Source of the DNA: Rhizophagus irregularis
Taxonomy: Eukaryota
NCBI RefSeq assembly: GCF_026210795.1
Contig: NC_089429.1
Location: 5,332,001 to 5,396,000, forward strand
Length of the DNA: 64,000 nucleotides
Direction: 5' to 3'
Shown here piece by piece: positions 1-10,684 of the stretch. Under the pieces are notes generated by a model. That model made no database searches and was not told the DNA's origin. It saw only the letters and a list, made by a program, of their open reading frames with translations. Each line of letters opens with the position of its first letter. Position 1 is the stretch's first letter. The translations under genes and the position numbers were made by a program.

Positions 1-2301
1 AGTATCCTCCTTATATGCTCTTATTAGATCTGCAAGCTCTTTACGACTGGGTGTTTTAGGTAAGTACCCATTATATTCTATCCAGTCCTTGAAGCGGTCT
101 ACTACTTCCCTAAGGTAGTACTGGTACTCGTCCTCAATACGTGTTGTGGGACATTCCTCTACTTTAAACACAAGTATTTCCCAGTCATAGTCGTCTGACG
201 CGTCTTGGTACTTAGCCCATAAATCCTTACCTGTATTGTAGAGATCATTGAAGACCTGGTCCTTTGAATTCTTGACCCATGGATTACGATCCCATCGGTG
301 TCTTTCATGCCAAGCCCAGTGTGCTTGAGTACCTTCCTTTGGTTTAGGGTCCCGGTCAACTTCTAGTTCTGTGTCAGGTTCTGGGATAGGTTGCTCTTCA
401 GGAGCCGGTTCTGGGTCAGGCTTAGTGACAGATGCAGAAGATTCTGCAGGAGACTCAGGTTGTTGCTTAGGAACTTGGTCTGCAGTTGTAGGATCTGAGT
501 CAGATAGCAAGTCATCTAAAACGTCATAGTCATTATCAGCTTTAAGTGCAGGTTCCTCATCAGATAGATAACAGTCTGAGAAGCTATCTATAGTTTCATC
601 AGTATCTGACTCTATAGGAGCTGGAGATTCCTCAGGAATAGGATCCTCATTGATGACAGGTGCGGGTTTTACCTTCAAGCAATCAGGCTTAAGTGGTACT
701 GGTGGTGGAGTCTTTTTGGAAACTGGTTGCTTTTCAGTAGGTTTTTCTTCAACAGGTTTCTCAACAACTAGCTCCACTTTCTCTTGATCTACTTGCGATT
801 TACTAGCTGGATTATATATATTTGCCAAGAACTTCACCAAGGCATTTGGATCAGATGCGGGCTTCTCAGGAGTTTCTACATCTATTCCTTCTATGTCTAT
901 CTCGTCTGTTTCGTGGATCCATTTTTTAGTGAGAAACTTCTTGTAAAGGTCCTCCCTGGATATACTGTAAACTCGTGGTGTTGCCTTACCTACACGTATT
1001 TTTCTGCTATTTATACCCAACTCATTTGATAGGATTCTAGAAGCGTTTATCTTTGATAGGGGTGTAATGCAATGAGTTTCACAATATGAAGTATATACCC
1101 TATAAAATTCTTGAACAGGTAGGTCAGTTATATAAGTGTCCTTTATGAATTGAAATAGGGGTGGGAGAGTTGATATCATGTGATCCTGCTTAGATGTTGT
1201 CATAGGTGGTGGATTTCCATTGAAGTCCGGGTAAGCGTCTGCAATGGCTCTCAAGTAAGCATAGAATGCCTCACTGGCGCCTGGGTATTTCATAGCGTCA
1301 CTGAGTTTCTTAAAGTAGTTGAGGTCTCCCTTGCGGGATGGTGACACATCCAAGAATACTGTGCGCCTATCGTCATTCTCCACTCTGAGAGCATTTTCAT
1401 TGGTGAGTACAATGGTGGATATAAAGTTTTTGTAATGTGTTGGCATCTTGTATTTTTCATGGATTTCCATTATGTCGCCTGTTACCTTATCCTTCAACGA
1501 TCGATACAGATTATTCCACTGGCTTTTTTCTGTAGGCATTTCCTCGAGGAGAAAAAGAACCTTACCCTGTAATTGCCCATTGAAACTTCCAAGAATCGTT
1601 TGAGGATCGCTGGTCTTATAAACAAGTTGAGTACCTAAGACACTACGTTGAATGAAATCTGTTATAATACTCTTACCCCAACCCTGTCCAGATTTCAGGT
1701 AGAGAATCGAATACATTTTCCTTCCAGCTGCCACACCGGCCAACCACTTTATGATATACTCAGTAAGATTCCAATCGCCTGAACACCAGATATCCTGAAT
1801 GTGGGAGAAGATAAATTTAACTGCGAGGTGGGTTGTAGATTCAAAAGTGGATATCGGACGCAGGATATGGAGAAATCCTAGGAAGATATTGAGATAAAGT
1901 TGGCCACCTAGTTTAAAGATACGGGATTTTTGAGGGTCACAGGTAGCTACACATACAGTACTATATTCGATCATAAACCATTTGTTGATATTGAATTCAA
2001 CCTTTTGTGAAGGACCCTGTTCGGATTGTGTGTAAAAGACTTTGGTAATTGGACGGATAAGTTTACTAATATTTTTATCAGGGATGTGCTCAAGGTTTTT
2101 AATTTCTGACCGCCACATGAAGACTCCATGCGGGTTGGAGCAGGGAATAAAGTAACTGCAAAGATAACCTTTAGCTTGATTAAGATCCCTCATATTCTTT
2201 GCAGCGTTAATGAGCCGTTTAAGCTCATCAATACTAAAAGCCTTCTTCTGTTCACCGAACTTGGGGATAACTTGAGCTTGAGTGCTAGTTTGGGCAGTCA
2301 T
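1..2301 (-). CDS. D5-like / superfamily-3 helicase (DUF5906-like), 3'-truncated by window edge, >=767 aa, intronless
   Basis: Manual translation from ATG at 2301 (MTAQTSTQAQVIPKFGEQKKAF...) is open to base 1 with no stop. Walker A SGQGWGKS (~aa 204-211), Walker B VLFLLEE, motif C IVLTNEN, arginine finger DDRR. A winged-helix-like segment follows (LFQFIKDTY...EFYRVYTSYC...RVYSI), then a Pro/Glu-rich linker. Confidence 0.88.
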   Translation of the reverse strand, partial: MTAQTSTQAQVIPKFGEQKKAFSIDELKRLINAAKNMRDLNQAKGYLCSYFIPCSNPHGVFMWRSEIKNLEHIPDKNISKLIRPITKVFYTQSEQGPSQKVEFNINKWFMIEYSTVCVATCDPQKSRIFKLGGQLYLNIFLGFLHILRPISTFESTTHLAVKFIFSHIQDIWCSGDWNLTEYIIKWLAGVAAGRKMYSILYLKSGQGWGKSIITDFIQRSVLGTQLVYKTSDPQTILGSFNGQLQGKVLFLLEEMPTEKSQWNNLYRSLKDKVTGDIMEIHEKYKMPTHYKNFISTIVLTNENALRVENDDRRTVFLDVSPSRKGDLNYFKKLSDAMKYPGASEAFYAYLRAIADAYPDFNGNPPPMTTSKQDHMISTLPPLFQFIKDTYITDLPVQEFYRVYTSYCETHCITPLSKINASRILSNELGINSRKIRVGKATPRVYSISREDLYKKFLTKKWIHETDEIDIEGIDVETPEKPASDPNALVKFLANIYNPASKSQVDQEKVELVVEKPVEEKPTEKQPVSKKTPPPVPLKPDCLKVKPAPVINEDPIPEESPAPIESDTDETIDSFSDCYLSDEEPALKADNDYDVLDDLLSDSDPTTADQVPKQQPESPAESSASVTKPDPEPAPEEQPIPEPDTELEVDRDPKPKEGTQAHWAWHERHRWDRNPWVKNSKDQVFNDLYNTGKDLWAKYQDASDDYDWEILVFKVEECPTTRIEDEYQYYLREVVDRFKDWIEYNGYLPKTPSRKELADLIRAYKEDT

Positions 2302-2521
2302 TTTTTGTTCTATCAAATCGAGTACTAATTTATAGTTACCTAATCTTCAATTGCCGAATATTTTTTCCAAAGATCTGCACTCCTACCAGATTACCCTCCT
2401 GTAGTCCTGTGGTCCTGCGATTCTGCGGTCCTTCGGTTATATCTGGTTATCTTCTAGGGGTAAAAAAAAAACTATAAACCACGAACCTTTACGACTGCTC
2501 TAAATCTTCCCTTCCCCTTTT

Positions 2522-2881
2522 TCAAACTACATATATCTGAAATCCAAACCGCTCAAGAGCTCCTTTTACTATAGTTAGCTCTTTTCTAGTGTCCGTTAAC
2601 TCTTTACAAGCCTTTTGATACGCCTTCCATTCAAGTTCACGGAGGATGCCCTCCTCCTCCAATGATTGGCCAAGAGCATCATTTGCTTTTTCCTTCTTTT
2701 CTACTGCCCTGTCGTATGCCTCTTCGGCTTTTTTATGCCGCTTCCAGAGTACTCGTTCAGCTTCGGCTTTCCAGATTGGGCTGACTTCTAAAAGATGTGG
2801 CCCGAAATTGCTACTTGGAATGTGTTCCAGAATATGGCCTACAAGTTCGGGGATTACTGATACTGCGTGTGAGGTATACAT
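2522..2881 (-). CDS. Small protein with N-terminal F-box-like motif and charged helical/coiled-coil C-terminus
   Basis: 119-aa ORF. IPELVGHILEHI...LLEVSPIWKAEAERVLW resembles the F-box pattern LPxE(l)xxIlxxL...VsxxW...Lw. Same strand and GC level as the helicase. Confidence 0.55.
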   Translation of the reverse strand: MYTSHAVSVIPELVGHILEHIPSSNFGPHLLEVSPIWKAEAERVLWKRHKKAEEAYDRAVEKKEKANDALGQSLEEEGILRELEWKAYQKACKELTDTRKELTIVKGALERFGFQIYVV

Positions 2882-3400
2882 GTTATCTGTTTTTATAGGT
2901 TACTTATGGTATACCCATTGTTCAATTACTTATTTTTTCTGACGGGGATGAGACGGGGTTGGTCTTACTGGCTCTATAGACCTTCTAGGGGCTTACCTGC
3001 TAACTTACCTGGTTTGCTGTCTCACTGCTTCCAACAGATGAATAGACAGAATCCTGACTTGTTCCAGACGTTCCAGATGTGGCGGATCTGGGGGGTAAAA
3101 ATAAAACTTTTTCTGGGGGGATGTCCTCTCATATTTTTTCTGAAACATCTGCCACATCTGCCACATCCGGGACAACCCTCTCATTATATCCGTTATTCCT
3201 TTCTTTTCTATTGTTTTCTAGTTATTTGGTATATATATTTGTTCCATATGTTGTCCCAGATTGTGGAGGATCTATGGGGGATTCCTGAGCCCCATAGGGG
3301 CCATATAGGTACTGCGACGGGTCGTAGACCTGGAGGTGGGTGGTGCTAGCACCACCCACATCCAGCCTGACGACAGCCGGCGTCCTCCTAGTACGCGTAT

Positions 3401-3700
3401 TACAAAAATAAAATAGTGAAAAGAAACGTTAGTTCGTTTCTTAAATTTAAAATAATAATGAAAAGTTCCCTTTCCCCCATTATTTACCTTAAACAAGTCC
3501 AGTTTCATGTTAAAGCTGGTGTCTTACAAAAAAAACAATGTAAAAGAAACGTTAGATCGTTTCTTAACTTCAAAATATTAATAAAGTTCCCTTTCCCCCA
3601 TTATTTACCTTAAACAAGTCCAGTTTCATGTTAAAGCCGGTGTCCTACAAAAAAAAATAATGAAAAAGAAACGTTAATTCGTTTCTTAAATTTAAAAAAA
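3401..3700. repeat. ~122-bp tandem repeat, ~2.5 copies
   Basis: aaaagaaacgtta..cgtttcttaa...aagttccctttcccc(c)attatttacc(t)taaacaagtccagtttcatgttaaagc recurs at ~3420, ~3543 and partly at ~3665. Confidence 0.85.
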
Positions 3701-5210
3701 AAGGATAAAATTAAAAAAAAAAATTAAAAAAATAAGTAAGTTTCGAAATGAAACTTACATTACTTCCAAGAATAAGAGGCGTGAGAAAAGGGGGACGAAA
3801 GGGGAAGGGAAGGACGAAAGGGGAAGGGAGTGACAAAGGGAAAGGGAAGAACGAAAGGGAAGGACGATAGGGGAAGGCAGGATGATAGGAGAAAGGAAGG
3901 ACAAAGAGAAAAGTTTAAAAAAAGATGATCCTTTTTTAAACTTTTAATATGCGTAATGCAATGCGTGATGTTTAATTAGTGCACTATTCGACCAATGTCT
4001 AATCGTAGATCATGGTCGAATTTTTTCCTATTTTGACTAGTGGCTAATATAATAAATTATTTTTATAAATTTATTCACCCATTTGATAAATATTGAATTA
4101 TCATTATTTAATGCTGCACATCATGATAAAAATCTCATTGATGATGCTCATTAATGTTAAATATTACATGTTCATTTAAAATAATGAATATTATAATATA
4201 CATGATCTACAAAAATGTATATATAATAAACATTTTTTCCGTGACTTCCTGATGTTATTAAAATTATCCAACTTTAACCCATAATATTAATTAAAATTCT
4301 TATTAAATTCTATAAAATAATCTGATAGAAATGTTCAGTACATGTTGCTATATCATTTTATCGGTTTAGTTTTTTCTTTTTACTATTCAATTTACAATTT
4401 ATAAAAATTTGAAGTCACTTAATATTAGTGTGGTTTATAGGTGACAGCCACCATACTACAACACAAAATCTCAAATTATAAATTTGAACAAAATATTTTA
4501 ACCAGCGGTATCTTGACATAGTACGTATTTTTAACGTTTGCTTCAAATTGATACATGAAATGATAAAGTTTATCATTAAAAAATATATATAAATATTTTG
4601 TTCAGCAAAATATTTTTTGAGATTGACGTACTACATTGAAGTTTTGAAAAGGAATTCAATATTGAGTGTCATAAAAAAAAACTTCGCCCGCTAATGCTTG
4701 TGCGGTGATGATCAACTGAAGAAATTATACCTGATCAAAATATTTAAAAACTATTAAACATAATTAATTTACTTAAAATTAAATACGTTGAGAACCTCAC
4801 GTATTAGAATATTTCGGGCATTAGTAAAAATTGGTATTATTGATCCAATCATGATACCTGTAACTGTGCTTAAATAATTTTGTTGAATAAATTTTTTTAT
4901 AGGTCTATTACAGCAAAATATACAACCTACAATTGTTAAATTTGAACATGACTACATACATTAATAGGACCACCTATTTACTTGTCTTCATATATCTTCT
5001 TCGCAAATTGATCTATTCTATGTTGCTAAATCAAATAGTCACGCACCTGATGCTAATAATAATCATGTTTGATGTATCCCAAATTTAGTCTTCATAACGA
5101 ATCAATAGCTAATAACCATTAAATACTATCTTACAATAGTCATAATTGTGATTAAGTTTTTTTAGAACATAAATTTTATTATTTCATAATTTCAAATAAT
5201 ACATATATAC

Positions 5211-8200
5211 CAGTGTTGGCCATTGGCCGTTTGGCCAGGCTTGGCTATTGCCTGTTTGACCATTTGGCCATGGCCAAATGGCCAAGTTTTAAATTTTGGC
5301 TGGCCAAAAAATGGCCAAAAATTTATATATATAAATATTAAAAAAAAGTAACTACTTAAAATTTGTAACATTTAAATTTAATTATTTAATTCATTTTTAT
5401 TATAAATTTAGTTAATTTGAAGTATTTTCATTAACAAAAAATGGGGCATCTAAATTATCAATAAAAATGTTTCTTATATTCCATTTAGCTTCATTATCTA
5501 ATGCAGGATGTGTTCTATTTAATAAAAATTCATCAATATCTATATCATCATCACAATGTAAATCAGTTACAGCACTCAACTCTGCTTCTTTTTCCTGTAA
5601 TAATAATTGCCTCCATGTATTAATTAGATTATTCCAATTTAATGAAACCTGGAATTCATTATTTTCACCTTCTTCATCTGAATCATCATCTTGAGTGTTA
5701 GAATTTTCTTTTTGGATTTCTAAGTTAATAGGATTTTTTTCTTAATTCTCTAAATTTGTATTATCATTACTATTAATAATTATAGGAACTATTGGTTCAG
5801 CAATATTTTCTTTCATTTTTTGTTGTTGAATAGTTTTCACTTCATCAACCCTATGTTTATATGAAATTGCAGCACGTAATTTGCTCATTTTAAGTGTTTT
5901 TTCATACTATTTAAAAAATAAATTATTTATTATTACATTAAATTATAATTTTTTTATAGATTTAAAATAATATTATTTTACTTACATTTAATCTATTGCG
6001 CCTTTTGTATGTAGAAATCCCATATTTGACCAAAGCCTTTCTACTGATGCTGCATTAATACAAATTCCAAAAATTCGTTGTGCGACATATCCAAGTTCTT
6101 TTGCTAATGGAACAACAAATCTCCAATATTTTAAAATATCATCTTCAAATTGATTACTTGTTTGTTCATCAAAAGGATATATACCTCTTCTAAAATTTTC
6201 ATATTCACGTAAAATTGATTTTGAAATTGTTTTCATCCAAGCTTCGTAATAATAAATTAGCCACTTACTAAGATATACATGATTTAAATTTGGGATATTA
6301 TCTTTAAATTTTGACATCTTGTATTTAGGATGTAAGAGCCATGATAAAAGTAAAAGTGGTTGTTCCCAACTTTGCCATCTTGTTTGAAGTCGATCAAGTA
6401 TTTTCTCACTAAGTTCTATATCATCATAATCTTTCCAAAATTTTATAAAATATCCAAATCCATGCAGTACTTCATGCAGTCGTGCTTTATCACATTGTAG
6501 AATATCCAAAATTATACAGTATGATTTAAGTATTTTTACAAGTTCTGAAAATGATTGCCACCAGGTTTTGTCAAGTAGAATAGAAGAAATATTATTAGGT
6601 AGATATAATATATTATCAGAACTTTGATGAGATGTTGATTCTCAGGAGATTCAAATTTTGAACCTAAAGTCTTTAGAAAAATAGAAATAAATTATTTTCA
6701 AATGTTATATAAAAATAAATAAAAATATATTATAATACCCGTAATGCCCCTTTTGATTTAATTAAAGTGCGAAAACATTCATAATGGCTATTCCATCTTG
6801 TATCATTTCCAATAGCGATTTGAACATATTTTCCATATGATTCTTTTTGTAAAGTTCGAAGCTGTCTAATAAAATATTTATGAAGTGATGATTTAAAGTA
6901 AAGCACAATTTTTATTGCCTTTATTGATACTTGCTTAAATTTTTCAGATTCTTTAAAGATTTCGCCTACAAAAAGATTCATCTGATGTGCGAAACATGGA
7001 AGAAACGTAATATGCACATATTTAAGTCGAAGCCTACATCTGTTAAAATATAAAATATAATTAATATTTACATAAAATATTAAATAAATATTTTAATAAC
7101 TTAATTTTTAAAAAAATATACAAATATACCGTGCAGCAGCATAACTTGAAGCACTATCAGTTACAACAGAAATAAGATTAACTCCCATTTTATTAATTTC
7201 CTTAAACATTGTTTCAGTTTTTTCAATAACTTCTTTCCATCTTTCTAATTCACTGCTTACATCTACTGCTTTCCAAATTATTACTTTCCCTTCTGATGTA
7301 ATAAAAACAGAGCCAAGAATATTCTGATTTAACACATTAGTCCAACCATCAAAGGCTAAAGTAACACTAACAGAATCATTCATTAATTTCTTAGTCATTT
7401 CATTTTCAAGAATTTTTGATTCATCATTTAATATACGTCCTCCTAAAGTTTTACGTTCTGGTAAAATTAATGCTGGATTTAAAAAATGAAAAAGTTCTTG
7501 AACTTCCTTATTTTCCACCCATCTTAAAGGAAAACCTGCAGAAACTGTTGCTTGAATCATTAATTTTTCAAATATAGTTTGTTCACCCTTTGTAAATGAT
7601 CGAGTTGCAAGTGGTCTAGTAATGAAAGACTAATGAAAGAATCAAGTGTACCAACTGATGAATTATTGCTGCCTATATAAAAAAATATTAATAATAGTTT
7701 TAATATAAAATTATCAAGTATTATTATTAATAAATAAAATAAAAGATAAATACTTCTCAATGATATAGAAGTTATAGCACTATGAATTGAACCAGTTGAT
7801 TCTCTACGCAATCTTTTTGAACTTACAATATTTTCGTCAAATTCATTAATTTCCATTCTTTTTGTTTCCGATGCAAATAATTCAAAAAATATTTCAGGAT
7901 ATTTATTTTTAAAATGTTGACATTTTTTCAAGTAATTTCTAACTCGTTCAGTTTTAAATGGAAATTTTTGAAGCAATGCATTCGGACGGCCATTAACATA
8001 TCTACACGCAATACAAATACAATAATTTCGCCAATTATCAGCTTTTTCTGATAATATTTCCACAAAGGTTTTAAAATTAGCAGCCATTTTATTTATATTT
8101 TATTTGTTTTTAGTTAGTGAGTTAGTCAGTTTTGAACACAAAAATCAAATTATAAATACCGGAAAAAAAAGATGATAAAAAAAAAGATTGCTGATCTTGG

Positions 8201-8377
8201 TCAATCTGGCCGATTTGGCTGTTAGCCAATCGGCCAAATCGGCCAAAATTTGCTATTGGCCGCGGCCAATTTCCAATGAGGTTTTGGCCACCAATTTTGG
8301 CTGTTGCCCTTGGCCAATCAGGCAAATCGGCCAAATCAGGCAAGCTAGTCTTTGGCCGTGGCCAAATGCCAACACTG
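5211..8377 (-). mobile_element. hAT-family DNA transposon, full length, inactive
   Basis: TIRs CAGTGTTGGC (5211-5220) / GCCAACACTG (8368-8377). Dense TTGGCC/GGCCAA subterminal repeats at both ends. Imperfect TSD (atatatac vs atattatatac). Internal transposase. Confidence 0.9.
5412..8087 (-). pseudogene. hAT (DUF659/RNase H-like) transposase pseudogene, multi-exon
   Basis: Motifs: BED-like CxxC, LAFDGWTN, VTDSASS, PCFAHQMNL, DTRWNSHY, NAASVERLWS. Disrupted by an 11-bp duplication (7619-7640), a 1-bp loss near 6640, a 1-bp loss near 6003 (HTKRRNRL read as HTKGAID*) and an in-frame TAA in the last exon. Confidence 0.9.
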
Positions 8378-8396
8378 ATATTATATACTATATATG

Positions 8397-8972
8397 TAGA
8401 GGTAGGCTCTGAATCTGGTCAATCCGGTCATCCTAGGATCAATCCGTCTAATAGGCGGATTCGGATTGATCAGATGAATCCGTCAAATAGACCGGATGGA
8501 TGACCGGATATCCGATCAATCCTATACGGGATCGACAAAAAATTTTCCTTTTTAGGAAATTTTATGTTACACGACCGGAAACTAAATTTAGAAAAACTGG
8601 TTTTTGTGGAACGGGTATCGCCATAAATGGAAACGATCGACATACCCGTGCGTCACGTGACAACAATTAAATACCTAATCATAAATTCCGGCTGAAATTA
8701 AATGATCGGCGAAAAATATCCTTTTTAGGATTCTTGTAAAACCAAAAATTTCATTTTTGCTGGGAAACAAAATTTCCTTTTTTGGATTTGTGTAACGTTA
8801 CTCATACCCTAAAAAGGATAATTCCATGCCGATTACTTAATTCCGGCCGGAATTATAATCAATCCAGTCAATCCGCGGATAATCCAATAATCCGATTTTT
8901 TTAATCCGGATTGATCCGTCACGTGATCATCCGGATGACGGATTGACCAGATTCATCTGGAGCGCACCTCTA
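8397..8972. mobile_element. Non-autonomous TIR element (hAT-like TAGAG termini)
   Basis: tagaggt...tgaatctggtcaatccg(g)tcatcc at left matches the reverse complement of ggatgacggattgaccagattca...acctcta at right. ATCCG/CGGAT subterminal repeats. No TSD found. Confidence 0.7.
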
Positions 8973-8984
8973 CCCGGTTAAATA

Positions 8985-9429
8985 TGGCACACCGGACTGG
9001 ACAGATGTTTAAACGTAAAAGCTAAATCATTTGACGTTTAAGGTTAACTGCAAAATTCAAATGATTTGCTGTACCAACAAACTGTTTGACTTTATAGTTA
9101 AATTCTTTGCCAATACTGTCAAACAGTTTGGCGATATGAAAATAATTTTCCATATTTGGTTAAAATTCAAATGGTGCAATTTAAGTAATAATTTTCTTTT
9201 TAAAAGTCTTGTGAAATCCTATTTCCTTTATAGGAAATTTGTTTATAGATTTGCAAATACTTTGGAATTAATGGCAAATGCTTTGGGAATTAATGACAAA
9301 TGCTTTGGAATTAATGACAAATGGTTTATATTTAACGCCAAATGCTTTGTACTCCAAAGTCAAATGATATGGTGTTAACGTCAAATGATTTAGCTTTTAC
9401 GTTAAACATCTGTCCAGCCTGGCGTGCCA
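8985..9429. mobile_element. MITE with ~55-bp TIRs
   Basis: tggcacaccggactggacagatgtttaaacgtaaaagctaaatcatttgacgtt / aacgtcaaatgatttagcttttacgttaaacatctgtccagcctggcgtgcca, flanked by TA. Confidence 0.85.
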
Positions 9430-9767
9430 TAGTTATAATTGGTTATAATAAAGGATCTACAACAGTCAATTTCGGCAGTTGATCTTAAAATAATACATGT
9501 GTAAGATACTTATTGAATATTTGGTATAGATCAAAGTCGTTTTTACTAGAAAAATAAATTTTTAATAAAGTAAATATCAAATAATTATAGGATTATTGCA
9601 GATCCACTTCAAAATTAAAGACTATAGCGTTAAACTAGCCTGTAGGTCCAGGTGTTGCCTCAGGTTCGTCAACGTTGATGAAATTTTAAGGTTTGGTTTA
9701 TAAAAAATAATTTTTATTATAAATAAATTATAAGAATATTTTTTTAACTTCAAATTTATATAAATAA

Positions 9768-10298
9768 TTGTCTGAAGCGTAAGCGTAGGACACTTCCATT
9801 CTACTCCATACCATGCATGTTGGTGTCTGTCCGCACGCGTGTATGGCCAATAAAATCTAAGGATCAGGTGTAACCTTAGATTTGTTTACGTGCATCTTTA
9901 TGCCCCTGATTCTAAAAATATCTTTATAAAGTCACATGACTACTGTTTATACGTTAAATTTAAAAATTTTTTTATCCCTGATTTAAATTTTCTTATTTCT
10001 TAAAAGTTTTTTATGGCATTCAAATAATAAATTAATTTTTTTTTTACTCATAATTTTTACATTTTGTATTTTTTTTAATTAAATATTAACTTTTTATTTT
10101 TTTTTTTGACAATCATGAGAATAAATTAAAAATTTGCAACACAGTACAAAGTATGAAAGTATGATAATAAAATGACATTTTTTAGTGATACTATTACTTT
10201 TTTTAGCATTTTTAGTGTTATATTTTTAGTGTTCAGTTTAAATTTATAAACATGTAATTTATGATGCTTCGGACGCACCAACGGTTACCGTTTCCTAG
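9768..10298 (+). mobile_element. Helentron/HINE-like non-autonomous rolling-circle element
   Basis: 5' subterminal gtctgaagc (9770-9778) is inverse (1 mismatch) to gcttcggac (10266-10274). A hairpin aacgg-tta-ccgtt (10280-10292) and CTAG|T follow. Confidence 0.6.
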
Positions 10299-10494
10299 TA
10301 TTATTAATTTACTATTATAATTTAAACTTTAAAATCTATTCTTTTTTCTATTATATAAATTTAATATTATGATAAATTTTAAAAAATTTAATTCTAATCA
10401 TTATACTAAAATACTAACCCTAATAATCAACTTATTTTACTTACTCTCCCTAGACCTAACTAATACTAATCCTACCTTAATATAAATCTAATAC

Positions 10495-10640
10495 TAATAT
10501 TAACCTAATAATAACCCTAATCCTAACCCTAACCATAATTCTAACCCTAACCCTAACTCTAACCCTAACCCTAACCCTAACCCTAACCTTAACTTTAACT
10601 CTAAACTTAACTTTAAATTTAACCTTAATTCTAATTCTAA
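10495..10640. repeat. Interstitial telomere-like (CCCTAA)n tract
   Basis: Four perfect CCCTAA at 10563-10586, surrounded by degenerate hexamers (tcctaa, ttctaa, ctctaa, ccttaa, ctttaa). Confidence 0.85.
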
Positions 10641-10684
10641 CTATATCTCCTACTAATATAATTAGTGAAATTAATTTTTGTTAG

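Larger units (their letters stand above)
1..3391. mobile_element. GC-richer helicase-bearing island (candidate endogenous viral element or transposon); right terminus ~3391, left end outside window
   Basis: Abrupt composition shift at ~3392, intronless co-oriented genes, and a terminal cluster of hairpins at 3272-3386 ending CTAG|T at 3388-3392. Confidence 0.6.

Noticed and set aside
159..2328. Short track ORFs 159-359, 784-1029 and 2128-2328
   Set aside because: They are alternative-frame or antisense shadows of the long helicase ORF.
3366..3430. Hammerhead ribozyme (CTGACGA core)
   Set aside because: No GAAA closing a stem II at a suitable distance.
8122..9378. ORFs 8122-8343, 8188-8412, 8276-8503 and 9031-9378
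   Set aside because: They lie in transposon subterminal repeats and MITEs, with no protein motifs.
10495..10640. True chromosome telomere
   Set aside because: Short, degenerate and flanked by sequence on both sides.
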